From Thermodesulfobacteriota bacterium (GTDB taxonomy: Bacteria; Desulfobacterota_D; UBA1144; Nemesobacterales; Nemesobacteraceae): a stretch of 64,000 nt of DNA. Shown piece by piece: positions 1 to 10,830 of the stretch (position 1 is the stretch's first letter; the number at the start of each line of letters is the position of its first letter). Both the position numbers and the translations under genes were made by a program. A model generated the notes under the pieces. The model saw only the letters and a list, made by a program, of their open reading frames with translations, had not been told where the DNA came from and did no database searches. The stretch spans positions 9,382 through 73,381 of the forward strand of contig JAKZRS010000034.1 in the NCBI GenBank assembly GCA_047518015.1, written 5' to 3'.

Positions 1-433
1 TTGACCCGTCGTAGAGAACAACCTGTATATCTTCTGCTTTGCTGATTACGTGGTTGTTGGTAACTATGTAGCCGTCTTCGGTGACTATGAATCCAGAGCC
101 CAAGCCCTTTTTTCTGAATTCCCGCTCCTGGTCGTTTGGAAAAAATCTCTTGAAAAAATCCTCGAAGACGTCTCCTTCGCCGAAGTCAGGGAGCATGTTC
201 CCCCTTTTTACGACACTCGTGGTGCTTATGTTCACAACAGAATGTTTTTGTTTTTCGACAAGACCCGCGAGGGAGGGAAAAATTCCCGCAGGGCTTGAAG
301 AAGATAAAACTTCTGAGGTACTTTCACTTGACAGCAGTCCAGAGGTTTCATCGTCTTCCTCCACTTTCGCACATGAAAGAGAACCAACAAGCAAAAAACA
401 GGCAGCAAAAAACAGGAAAACAGGTTTTTTCAT
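1..433 (-). CDS. HtrA/DegP-family periplasmic serine protease; only the N-terminal part is in the window (the gene continues past position 1)
   Basis: Hand translation of the minus strand gives MKKPVFLFFAACFLLVGSLSCAKV (signal peptide), then SLAGLVEKQKHSVVNISTTSV and GSGFIVTEDGYIVTNNHVISKAEDIQVVLYDGS, the classic HtrA N-terminal and His-box motifs. ATG at 433 is preceded by GGAGG. This ORF is missing from the supplied track because it is truncated at the window edge. Confidence 0.75.
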   Translation of the reverse strand, partial: MKKPVFLFFAACFLLVGSLSCAKVEEDDETSGLLSSESTSEVLSSSSPAGIFPSLAGLVEKQKHSVVNISTTSVVKRGNMLPDFGEGDVFEDFFKRFFPNDQEREFRKKGLGSGFIVTEDGYIVTNNHVISKAEDIQVVLYDGS

Positions 434-450
434 AATTAAAGCCTCCAATT

Positions 451-963
451 TCATTTCAGCATTCCGACTATTTTATCAGCAACTTCGGAAATACTCACAT
501 CATCCGTAGAAACAAAGTTCGGCAAGCGTTCGTAAATGTCTTTTCTCTTCATGAAAAGTTCCCGGAACTCAGTACGGGGGTCCTTGACGTCAAGAAGTGG
601 CCTTCCCTTCTCACGCCCTACTCTATTCCAAAGAGTATCGATATCAGCTCTCAGATAGAAAACCTCGCCCGAGGCGTTCATTATGTCGCGGTTTTGCCGC
701 CTCAGGACCGCTCCTCCTCCCGTTGAGATCACGGCCGGGGTTGTTTTCTGCGAGAGGGTTGCAAGCATCTCGGTTTCCTTCTGCCTGAAACTTTCCTCTC
801 CGCCCGCTTCGAAGATCTCGGTCACCGAAAGCCCCTGTGTGCATTCCACTTCACTGTCAAGATCATAGAAATCCATTCCCAGCTTTCTGGAAAGCTCCTG
901 GCCGACGCTGGTTTTGCCGGCCCCCATGAACCCCGTAAGGAAAATGTGTCGTCTCTCGTTCAA
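451..963 (-). CDS. aroK: shikimate kinase
   Basis: 170 aa; Walker A GFMGAGKTSVG near the N-terminus; size and motifs typical of AroK. Confidence 0.85.
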   Translation of the reverse strand: MNERRHIFLTGFMGAGKTSVGQELSRKLGMDFYDLDSEVECTQGLSVTEIFEAGGEESFRQKETEMLATLSQKTTPAVISTGGGAVLRRQNRDIMNASGEVFYLRADIDTLWNRVGREKGRPLLDVKDPRTEFRELFMKRKDIYERLPNFVSTDDVSISEVADKIVGMLK

Positions 964-969
964 ATCATT

Positions 970-1599
970 CTACAGCCTTCTTCCGACAGGAGAACCCTCG
1001 GCGGGGGCGTTCTCGCCGGAGAGCATTTTCTCAACGTACTTGCCTATTATGTCGCACTCTATGTTAACTTCCCGGCCCCGGCGAAACTCAGAAAACATCG
1101 TTTCCCGAAGCGTGTAGGGAATTATGTTTACCGAAAACTCCGTGCCCTTTACCGAATTGACGGTGAGGCTTACACCGTCAACGGCAACCGATCCTTTTTC
1201 AACCACATATTTTGCGAGGGGATCGGGAATCGAGAAAGAAAAAACCCGGGATTCTCCGACCGGAGTAATGGACTGAACGATGCCGACTCCATCCACGTGA
1301 CCTGTGACGATATGCCCACCCATCCTGTCTCCGACCCGGAGAGATCTCTCAAGATTTACTCCGCTTCCCGCCCGAAGACCGAAAAGATTCGTCCTGGAAA
1401 GGGTCTCGTGGGATGCGTCAACGGAAAAACCCCCGTCTCCTGCCGAAACCACCGTAAGACATACACCGTTTACAGCCACGCTCTCCCCAAGACTCAGCTC
1501 CCCGACGTCAATTCTCCGAACCCCGATTCTTAAAAGAATACCTTTGTCTTTTTTCTCGAGCGCCCGGACCGCTCCAATGTCTTCAACTATCCCGCTGAA
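970..1599 (-). CDS. ribE: riboflavin synthase alpha subunit
   Basis: MFSGIVEDIG N-terminal motif with two lumazine-binding repeats. The start is set at the internal Met at 1599 because the 1635 start would overlap lspA by 53 nt. Confidence 0.8.
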   Translation of the reverse strand, partial: FSGIVEDIGAVRALEKKDKGILLRIGVRRIDVGELSLGESVAVNGVCLTVVSAGDGGFSVDASHETLSRTNLFGLRAGSGVNLERSLRVGDRMGGHIVTGHVDGVGIVQSITPVGESRVFSFSIPDPLAKYVVEKGSVAVDGVSLTVNSVKGTEFSVNIIPYTLRETMFSEFRRGREVNIECDIIGKYVEKMLSGENAPAEGSPVGRRL

Positions 1600-2092
1600 C
1601 ATCTGCTCTCTCCTTGCTCCGCCCCAAAGCTCCAAAAATCAGAATCGAAATCGCTCCAACCGTGATCGCGGAATCGGCCACATTGAAAGGAGGCCAGAGC
1701 AGACCGGGATTCCCCGGCCAGTAGACCGCGATAAAATCGGTCACGTATCCGTAGGCAAATCTGTCTATGGAGTTTCCAATCGCTCCCCCAAGTACAAAAG
1801 CCAGCGCATACCGAAAGATCTTCTGCTCTTGCTCAAGTCTGCGAAGAAAGAAAAAGATCACGACCAGCACCAAAACGAAGACAGCAATGTAAAAGTAAAA
1901 TCTTACGCTCTCGGACATGTCGCTTAACATGCCAAACGCGATTCCCGGATTTCGCAGATGCGTTATATCAAACCAGGAAAACACGTTTATCCTCGAGAGA
2001 AACGGCACGTGCGCCTTGACAAGCCATTTGGTCAGCTGGTCAAGCGACACGATCAAAAAAGATATAACGAATACTCCCAGATAATTTCTCAT
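1583..2092 (-). CDS. lspA: lipoprotein signal peptidase (signal peptidase II)
   Basis: 169 aa membrane protein; LDQLTK motif, NPGIAFG, and the FNVADSAI aspartyl-protease region. Confidence 0.85.
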   Translation of the reverse strand: MRNYLGVFVISFLIVSLDQLTKWLVKAHVPFLSRINVFSWFDITHLRNPGIAFGMLSDMSESVRFYFYIAVFVLVLVVIFFFLRRLEQEQKIFRYALAFVLGGAIGNSIDRFAYGYVTDFIAVYWPGNPGLLWPPFNVADSAITVGAISILIFGALGRSKERADVQRDS

Positions 2093-2150
2093 GAAAAAGA
2101 CAAAGAATCCTGACCCCGAAAGAATATCTTGGAAACTCCCGGCCTGCGCT

Positions 2151-2747
2151 TCAGCCTCCCTCCAGTCGAAACTCTATCGGAACCTTTACCCAGCTTGAGA
2201 CTGCCTTGAAGCCTCTTTGTGCCGGGACAAATTTCCACCTTTTAACAGCGGACAAAGCGGCCTTATCAAGAACTTTATGACCGGAGGATTTGAAGATGGT
2301 TACTTCCTCAGGCTTCCCGTTTGGAAGGACGTGCACGTTGAGCAGCACGCTTCCCTCGTAACCACGTCTTATGGCAACTGCCGGGTAGCCGGGTCTGGGA
2401 GTAAAACCGTAAGAAGGTCTCGCGGTGGTGGCATAAGCCTCTTCGGGTTGTTCCTCCTCGGCCTGAGCGGGTTTTTCTTCCTTCTTAAGCGCCAGGGAAT
2501 CATCCCGCTTTTCCACTTTCTCTACGACTTTCTCTTTTTTCTTCTCGACAACCTTCTTTTTCTTTACAACTTTTTTTACGGGGGCGGGTTTTCTGAATTC
2601 AAAATGCTTAAGAGAAACCTCTATGTGATCGCCGTATACAGGAACGCTTTGCTGCACGACAATCTTCCCCCAAGCAAAAGATATAAAAACATGGAAGACA
2701 ATTGAAAACAGTATAAATTTCTTGAGATTGTCAACCGGCCCACTCAT
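2151..2747 (-). CDS. TonB-family energy transducer (N-terminal TM segment, Lys/Glu-rich linker, TonB C-terminal domain)
   Basis: N-terminal hydrophobic segment, a KKVVKKKKVVEKKKEK low-complexity linker, and the C-terminal segment GYEGSVLLNVHVLPNGKPEEV...KRWKFVPA typical of TonB_C. Confidence 0.6.
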   Translation of the reverse strand: MSGPVDNLKKFILFSIVFHVFISFAWGKIVVQQSVPVYGDHIEVSLKHFEFRKPAPVKKVVKKKKVVEKKKEKVVEKVEKRDDSLALKKEEKPAQAEEEQPEEAYATTARPSYGFTPRPGYPAVAIRRGYEGSVLLNVHVLPNGKPEEVTIFKSSGHKVLDKAALSAVKRWKFVPAQRGFKAVSSWVKVPIEFRLEGG

Positions 2748-2755
2748 ACCAAGTA

Positions 2756-3235
2756 TTATTCTATATTAATAACCAGAAATTCCTTAATTCCTCCGGGAGC
2801 CCTGACCTGTATCTCGTCATCAACTTTCTTTCCGATAAGCGCGCTGCCGACCGGAGAAGTTACGGATATAAAGCCATTTTCAGGTTCGGATTCATCTTCC
2901 CCCACAAGCTTGTATTTTTTTATCTCCCCGGAATCGACATCCTGCACTGTAACCGTAAGGCCAAAGACAACCCTGTCACGTGCAGTGATTTTCTCGGGGT
3001 CGATTACTTCCGCTCGGCCCAGTCTGCCCTCTATATCCAGTATCTTACCCTCTATAAACGACTGTTTCTGCTTGGCGGTTTCATACTCGGCGTTTTCGGA
3101 AAGATCCCCTAGAGATCTCGCGTGCGCTATCGACCTGATCACTCCCTGTCTCTCAACAGTCTTTAACCTGTGAAGTTCTTCCCGAAGCTTTTTCCAGCCA
3201 TCAGGAGTAATTAGAACTCTTTGGGTACTCATCAA
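2756..3235 (-). CDS. greA: transcription elongation factor GreA
   Basis: 159 aa; N-terminal coiled-coil ITPDGWKKLREELHRLK plus a C-terminal FKBP-like domain; SENAEY motif. Confidence 0.85.
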   Translation of the reverse strand: MMSTQRVLITPDGWKKLREELHRLKTVERQGVIRSIAHARSLGDLSENAEYETAKQKQSFIEGKILDIEGRLGRAEVIDPEKITARDRVVFGLTVTVQDVDSGEIKKYKLVGEDESEPENGFISVTSPVGSALIGKKVDDEIQVRAPGGIKEFLVINIE

Positions 3236-3274
3236 TATCTCCTGCGCACCTTAATCATCATTCCCGCATCCGGG

Positions 3275-6200
3275 TTAATAGTAGCTTTGTAAAGCCTTTA
3301 CTTCCAGACCGCTTCTCACAAGAACCTCAATCGCTCCAACCCCGGCGACCGCGCCGGCAATAGTTGTGAAATAAGGAACGTTGTTTATAAGTGCGGTCCT
3401 TCTGATCGAATAGGACTGCGCGATTTCCTTTTTCCCGAAAGTAGTGTTTATAACCAACTGTACCTCACCGTTTTTAAGGTGATCAACTATGTGAGGCCGG
3501 CCTTGCTTAACCTTTTTCACCGTTCGCGAAAATATACCATTTTTATTGAGAAATTCCGATGTGCCCCCAGTAGCCATTATCTCAAAACCGGTATCACTGA
3601 GTCTTCGAGCTATATCAAGTATCTTGGCGGATTTATCCTCGTCTTTCACACTTATGAAAGCCACTCCACCCGACGGGAGGCTGTTACCAGCTGCGATCTG
3701 GGATTTGGCAAACGCCTGATCAAGGTCGGGAGCGATTCCCATAACCTCGCCGGTGGATTTCATTTCCGGACCCAGAATCGTGTCAACTTCCGGAAACTTA
3801 ACGAAGGGGAAGACTGATTCCTTTACGCAGTAATGCTTTGGAACGATCTCTTCTGTGTACCCGAGCTCTTCAAGAGATTTTCCGATCATCACCTTGGTTC
3901 CTATCTTGGCCAGCTGAACCCCTATTGCCTTGCTCACGAAAGGAACTGTGCGGCTGGCTCTGGGGTTTACCTCAATTATGTAAACCTCGCCGTCCTTTAC
4001 GGCAAACTGGATATTAACAAGCCCTCTCACCTCGAGTGAGAGCGCAAGTGTTTTCGTCTGGGATTTTATTTCCTCAACAATTTCGGGTTCTATCGAGAAC
4101 GGGGGCAGGATCGCCGCACTGTCTCCCGAATGAACCCCCGCTTCCTCTATGTGCTCAAGCACTCCGCCCACAACAACTGTTTTCCCGTCGCAAACCGCGT
4201 CCACGTCGACTTCCTTCGCGTCCTTTAGGAACTTGTCTATCAGTATCGGGTGGTTCGGTGAGACGCTCGCAGCTTCCCGGATGTAGGTCCGGAGAGATTC
4301 CTCATCGTAGACTATTTCCATGGCGCGACCGCCCAGAACATAGGATGGGCGGACCATGACCGGATATCCTATTTCGCGGGCTATACCAATGGCCTGCTCT
4401 TCGCTTCTCGCGGTATCGCTCTGGGGCTGGAGCAGCCCCAGCTCCGAAACAAGCTTTCTGAACCTGTCTCTGTCTTCGGCAAGATCAATGCTCTCTGGGG
4501 AAGTGCCTATTATTCTCACCCCCTCACTTTCAAGCGCGAGGGCGAGACGAAGTGGGGTCTGGCCTCCCAGATGAACTATAACCCCCCAAGGATCTTCCCT
4601 TCTTATAAGAGCCAGCGTGTCTTCAAGCGTAAGCGGCTCGAAATAAAGGCGGTCCGAGGTATCGTAATCCGTGCTCACGGTCTCGGGGTTACAGTTAACC
4701 ATGATAGCCTCGTATCCCTCTTCCCGAAGCGCAAAAGACGCGTGCACGCAACAGTAGTCAAACTCTATGCCCTGGCCTATACGGTTCGGGCCCCCACCTA
4801 GTATCACCACTTTTTTTCTGTCGGTGGGAAGCGCCTCGCTTTCACTCTCGAAAGTCGAATAGAGATAAGGCGTGTAGGCTTCAAACTCGGCAGCACAGGT
4901 ATCAACCATCTTAAAAGCAGGCTCGATTCCCTCGCGGAGACGGAAATTCCTCACTTCGTCTTCCTCCGTGGAAAGGATACTTGCGATCTCAATGTCGGAA
5001 AAACCGTAGCGCTTGGCCTGAAGTATGGTTTCACGGTGAAGCCCGTTTTCCGCAATATCCGATTCGAAATCGGTAATTTGCTTAATGTTCTGAAGAAACC
5101 ACGGATCTATGTGAGAAATTGAATAGATTTCCTCTAAGTCCATGCCCAGACGAAACGCGTCGGCTATGTACCAGAGCCGCCTGGGGGTGGGAACTCTGAG
5201 TTTCTCCCTAACCACTTCCGGATCATCTGACATCTTCTCAAAACCGTAAGAATCTATCTCAAGGGATCTTATTGCCTTGTGCAGGGACTCCTTGAAAGTC
5301 CTTGCGATGGCCATTACTTCTCCCACGGATTTCATCTGAGTAGTGAGAGCCTGGGTTGTCTGCGGAAATTTCTCAAACGCGAACCTGGGTATTTTCACCA
5401 CCACGTAATCTATCGTCGGTTCAAAAGACGCGGGAGTGTATTTAGTTATATCGTTTGAGATCTCATCGAGCGAATAGCCGACCGCGAGCTTCGCGGCTAT
5501 CTTGGCTATAGGAAACCCGGTCGCCTTTGAAGCAAGAGCGGAGCTTCGTGAAACCCTTGGATTCATCTCAATGACCATCATCCGCCCGTCTTCGGGGCTA
5601 ACGGCGAACTGGATGTTCGATCCTCCGGTATCAACGCCGATTTCCCTTATTATCGCTATGGATGCATCGCGCATCCTCTGGTATTCCTTGTCGGTAAGGG
5701 TCTGGGCGGGAGCGACCGTTATGCTGTCTCCGGTGTGGACACCCATGGCGTCAAAATTCTCTATGGAGCAGATTATGACGACGTTATCCATATGGTCCCG
5801 CATGACTTCGTACTCAAATTCCTTCCACCCCACTATGGATTCCTCTACGAGTATCTCACTTGCCGGAGAGCTTTCGATTCCCGCTTTGGCAAATTCTTTG
5901 TATTCCTCTCTGTTGTAGGCAACGCTTCCGCCGGTTCCACCAAGCGTAAAGGAAGGCCGTATGATCACCGGAAACCCTATCTCTTCCACAACATCCCAGG
6001 CCTCTTTCATGTTGTGCGCGATACCGCTTCTTGGCACCTCAAGCCCTATGTCCGCTATGGCCTTTTTGAAAAGATCTCTGTTCTCCGCCTTTTTTATCGC
6101 AGGGAGTTTCGCGCCTATGAGTTCCACGCCGTGGCGTTTGAGCACGCCTGATTCGGCAAGGGAAACGGCAAGGTTAAGAGCTGTCTGTCCGCCTATTGTG

Positions 6201-6463
6201 GGCAGAAGAGCATCGGGCTTTTCCTTCTCTATTATTTTTTCCAGTATTTCGGGAACGAGCGGCTCAATGTAAGTCCTGTCGGCAAAGTCCGGGTCGGTCA
6301 TTATGGTGGCCGGGTTGCTGTTTACCAAAACCACCCTGTAGCCCTCTTCTTTCAGCACCTTGCATGCCTGGGTGCCCGAGTAATCAAACTCGCAGGCCTG
6401 TCCTATCACTATCGGACCCGAGCCGATAATCAATATGGTTTTTATGTCAGTTCGCTTGGGCAT
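3275..6463 (-). CDS. carB: carbamoyl-phosphate synthase large subunit
   Basis: 1062 aa; N-terminus [33 protein letters not shown]; duplicated ATP-grasp halves and a C-terminal MGS-like domain. Confidence 0.95.
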   Translation of the reverse strand: MPKRTDIKTILIIGSGPIVIGQACEFDYSGTQACKVLKEEGYRVVLVNSNPATIMTDPDFADRTYIEPLVPEILEKIIEKEKPDALLPTIGGQTALNLAVSLAESGVLKRHGVELIGAKLPAIKKAENRDLFKKAIADIGLEVPRSGIAHNMKEAWDVVEEIGFPVIIRPSFTLGGTGGSVAYNREEYKEFAKAGIESSPASEILVEESIVGWKEFEYEVMRDHMDNVVIICSIENFDAMGVHTGDSITVAPAQTLTDKEYQRMRDASIAIIREIGVDTGGSNIQFAVSPEDGRMMVIEMNPRVSRSSALASKATGFPIAKIAAKLAVGYSLDEISNDITKYTPASFEPTIDYVVVKIPRFAFEKFPQTTQALTTQMKSVGEVMAIARTFKESLHKAIRSLEIDSYGFEKMSDDPEVVREKLRVPTPRRLWYIADAFRLGMDLEEIYSISHIDPWFLQNIKQITDFESDIAENGLHRETILQAKRYGFSDIEIASILSTEEDEVRNFRLREGIEPAFKMVDTCAAEFEAYTPYLYSTFESESEALPTDRKKVVILGGGPNRIGQGIEFDYCCVHASFALREEGYEAIMVNCNPETVSTDYDTSDRLYFEPLTLEDTLALIRREDPWGVIVHLGGQTPLRLALALESEGVRIIGTSPESIDLAEDRDRFRKLVSELGLLQPQSDTARSEEQAIGIAREIGYPVMVRPSYVLGGRAMEIVYDEESLRTYIREAASVSPNHPILIDKFLKDAKEVDVDAVCDGKTVVVGGVLEHIEEAGVHSGDSAAILPPFSIEPEIVEEIKSQTKTLALSLEVRGLVNIQFAVKDGEVYIIEVNPRASRTVPFVSKAIGVQLAKIGTKVMIGKSLEELGYTEEIVPKHYCVKESVFPFVKFPEVDTILGPEMKSTGEVMGIAPDLDQAFAKSQIAAGNSLPSGGVAFISVKDEDKSAKILDIARRLSDTGFEIMATGGTSEFLNKNGIFSRTVKKVKQGRPHIVDHLKNGEVQLVINTTFGKKEIAQSYSIRRTALINNVPYFTTIAGAVAGVGAIEVLVRSGLEVKALQSYY

Positions 6464-6493
6464 GGAACGGAAAAGCTTGGCAATAAGGTTGCA

Positions 6494-6524
6494 AATATAT
6501 ACTTAATAACGCGCAGACAGGCAA
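6494..6524 (-). promoter_or_regulatory. candidate sigma-70 promoter for carB
   Basis: On the minus strand: TTGCCT - 17 nt - TATATA, about 30 nt upstream of the carB ATG. No other support. Confidence 0.25.
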
Positions 6525-6640
6525 CATGGAGAAATCACCACTTTCCGTGCCGGAGTCCTATCCTTAATTGATCTTGCTTGTACGTGGTGCATGCCTTAAC
6601 ATCTCGTTTTTGTATATCGCAAGATGTGTATAATGTATTC

Positions 6641-7246
6641 ATGAGCGACGGCCTGCTGCAACACAAAATCAAGCTACTAAAAGGCAATGAACCTTTTCGC
6701 GGCCAGGGAGTCAGGAAATCCCTGCGGTTATTTGATTACTGGAGATGGGCAGATTCCGAACTTCTGAACAATACAGCCCGCGGGTTTCTGGCGGAGTTTC
6801 TCGTCGCAGCAGCACTCGGTCTCCACAAGAAGCCAAGGACAGGGTGGGACGAGTATGACCTTCTCATGAAATCCGGCACCAAGATCGAAGTTAAAAGTTC
6901 CGCATACGTGCAGTCGTGGAAACAGCCCAAGCCCTCAATTATTCAGTTTGGGATCGCTCCTCATAGGAGTTGGGATACCGAAACCGGCAAATACAGGGAA
7001 GGTTCCAAGCGTTGGGCGGACATCTACGTGTTCTGTATCTTTAAGGGTAAAAAGCCCCTTCATCCTCTTGATACGAGCAAGTGGGAGTTTTACATCCTTC
7101 CCACCGAGGTACTTAACCGGGAAGTCCCCGAACAAAAGAGCATTCGACTGAATTCCCTCAAGAAACTCAAACCTTCCGAGTGTCAATATGCTAACCTGAA
7201 GAAAACCATTGAGAACATAGAGCACGATATTAGGGGAGAACCATGA
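6641..7246 (+). CDS. hypothetical small PD-(D/E)xK nuclease-fold protein, Mrr_cat-like (restriction-endonuclease-like)
   Basis: The pattern GFLAEFLVAAALGL ... WDEYDLLMKSGTKIEVKSSAY fits the Mrr catalytic-domain consensus (FE.lva.ll..G ... DgGiD ... vQcKry), i.e. an E...D...ExK core. A TATAAT sits 8 nt upstream of ATG 6641. An alternative upstream start at 6578 exists. Opposite strand to both housekeeping neighbours. Confidence 0.5.
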   Translation: MSDGLLQHKIKLLKGNEPFRGQGVRKSLRLFDYWRWADSELLNNTARGFLAEFLVAAALGLHKKPRTGWDEYDLLMKSGTKIEVKSSAYVQSWKQPKPSIIQFGIAPHRSWDTETGKYREGSKRWADIYVFCIFKGKKPLHPLDTSKWEFYILPTEVLNREVPEQKSIRLNSLKKLKPSECQYANLKKTIENIEHDIRGEP

Positions 7247-7402
7247 TAACCCATCCTAACCTCTTGAACTGATCAGTATCTACCTTTGCGGAAATAGATT
7301 CCTATTTGGAATCCTGAGTAGCTCGTTAGACCTACATAATTCCAATGATTACACATATTTTTGAAGAAAAGATATACGTACTGTATATTATTAATCTAAG
7401 TC

Positions 7403-8755
7403 ATGAGTAATTTCCCTGAATACCTTGAGCGTGGTGAGAGAGCACGTCTTTTTCCAGTTTTGGCGGATACTTCAAAAGAAGGACGTAGCACAGCAATTCT
7501 ATTATCGTGCTTGGTCCATGTTCGTGAATTCGGTCAATCCATGCTGGGCTCGGTTAGTCAGAAGATTGGAAAACTTGCAAATCTCAAAGCATACACTGAG
7601 GTCACATTCAACGGAAAGACTCAGCGGCCGGATGGTCTGATTGTTCTAAGAGTAGGCAGACGTGAATGGAGAGCTCTCCTTGAAACAAAGGTCGGAAACA
7701 CCAAGTTGGATCAAGAGCAAATTTCTGACTACATGGAGCTTGCCAAAGAACAAAATATTGATGCCGTAATCACTATCTCAAACCAATTCACATCGCGACC
7801 GGATCATCACCCGATCAAGCTACCCACAAAAACACGTTTGAAGGTAGAAGTCTATCATTGGTCATGGATGTATATAATCACGCAAGCCGACTTGCTGATT
7901 TCCAACAAAAGCATTGAAGATGAGGATCAGCATTTCATCTTAACCGAAATGGTACGGTTTCTTACACACTCAAGTACGGGAGTAAAAAGCTTTGACCGAA
8001 TGCCCCCTGCTTGGACCGATGTTGTACAAAAAGTTGCAGATGGTGCTCCACTCCAAGCAAGAAGCGAAGAAATACAAGATGTTGTAGCCGCTTGGCATCA
8101 AGAGGTTCGGGATATTAGTCTAATGCTGAGCCGACAAGTTAATGTGAAGGTCGAAGTCAAGTTATCACGTTCTCACGTATTGGATCCAGCAACTCGAGTA
8201 AAGGAAGATATCGCCAAACTTGTCAAAAACCATACACTCTCTGCTAAATTGGAAGTACAGAATGCCGCCGCATCAATTGACTTAGTCGCAGACATAAAGA
8301 GACGAACCATAAGCGCATCAATGATGCTAATGGCACCCAGCAACAGAAAAACTACTGCTTCCCGTCTCCATTGGTTGCTACAACAACTACAGAAATCCTC
8401 AGAAACGGATATTCACATAAAATTACATTGGCCCGGGCGCAAAGCTCACACACAACACGCTTTAAAAGAATTAAGAGAGAATTCAAAAATTGCTTGGGAA
8501 AGCACCAAAGACCGACATGTTGTTAGATTTGAAATCTGCATGATTCGTCAGTTGACCAAACGTTTCGGGCAACGAAAGAATTTTATAGATGAGTTGGAAA
8601 ATTTAGTCTCCAGTTTTTACGAAACTGTTGGTCAACGTCTGCGTGCTTACCAATCTCCAGCTCCTAGGGTTCGTGAGGACCGAGTTGATCCAGGAAGTGT
8701 TACCCCTGAGGGACTACAGCGCACAGCTAAAGAAGAAAAATCCGAACATATGTAA
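7403..8755 (+). CDS. hypothetical 450-aa protein with an N-terminal RecB/Cas4-like PD-(D/E)xK nuclease motif set and a long alpha-helical C-terminal region
   Basis: N-terminal region has ERARL (conserved Glu in helix), PDGLIVL (Asp), LETKVGN (ExK) and QISDY (QxxxY), the motif order of RecB-family nucleases. No Walker A elsewhere. AT-richer codon usage than flanking genes, judged by eye. Preceded by a 156-nt AT-rich spacer containing palindromes. Confidence 0.5.
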   Translation: MSNFPEYLERGERARLFPVLADTSKEGRSTAILLSCLVHVREFGQSMLGSVSQKIGKLANLKAYTEVTFNGKTQRPDGLIVLRVGRREWRALLETKVGNTKLDQEQISDYMELAKEQNIDAVITISNQFTSRPDHHPIKLPTKTRLKVEVYHWSWMYIITQADLLISNKSIEDEDQHFILTEMVRFLTHSSTGVKSFDRMPPAWTDVVQKVADGAPLQARSEEIQDVVAAWHQEVRDISLMLSRQVNVKVEVKLSRSHVLDPATRVKEDIAKLVKNHTLSAKLEVQNAAASIDLVADIKRRTISASMMLMAPSNRKTTASRLHWLLQQLQKSSETDIHIKLHWPGRKAHTQHALKELRENSKIAWESTKDRHVVRFEICMIRQLTKRFGQRKNFIDELENLVSSFYETVGQRLRAYQSPAPRVREDRVDPGSVTPEGLQRTAKEEKSEHM

Positions 8756-8795
8756 TTTTGATACTTAAAGCCAGAAAAAATCTAAAAGATTCTAC

Positions 8796-10727
<1,932 letters not shown>

Positions 10728-10729
10728 TT

Positions 10730-10830
10730 ATAAGCCCCTTTACAAATAATCCAGATAACAAAATGCATCCAGTGATGCGGTGGTGCTCTCAGCGGGAAAT
10801 CCTGTAAATAGCACCCCTGCGGTCATCGGA
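10730..10830 (-). promoter_or_regulatory. possible degenerate TPP (THI-box) riboswitch-like element in the thiC leader, overlapping the 3' end of the upstream gene
   Basis: The minus-strand RNA reads GGGGUGC - 18 nt - GCUGAGA - GCACC(ACC) ... AUCUGGAU ... AGGGG, i.e. the P2 5'-strand, J3-2 CUGAGA, P2 3'-strand (GGUGCU pairs with AGCACC) and AUCUGGAU/AGGGG motifs in the TPP-aptamer order. The canonical P4-P5 CUGG/CCAG pairing is not evident. Not verified by a covariance model. Confidence 0.2.

Noticed and set aside
50-509. Plus-strand ORFs 50..298 and 81..509
   Set aside because: They lie antisense to a clearly recognisable HtrA-family protease gene on the minus strand and carry no motifs of their own.
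1583-1635. ribE start at 1635 (track) giving a 53-nt overlap with lspA
   Set aside because: Riboflavin synthases begin MF(T/S)GIV. The internal Met at 1599 fits that and reduces the overlap to 17 nt.
3479-6429. Multiple 70-140 aa plus-strand ORFs inside the carB span
   Set aside because: Antisense to a 1062-aa conserved gene. Typical shadow ORFs in a GC-rich reading frame.
7360-7402. LexA/SOS-box-like TACTGTATAT upstream of the 450-aa island gene
   Set aside because: Only the CTGT half-site is present. There is no ACAG half at the right spacing.
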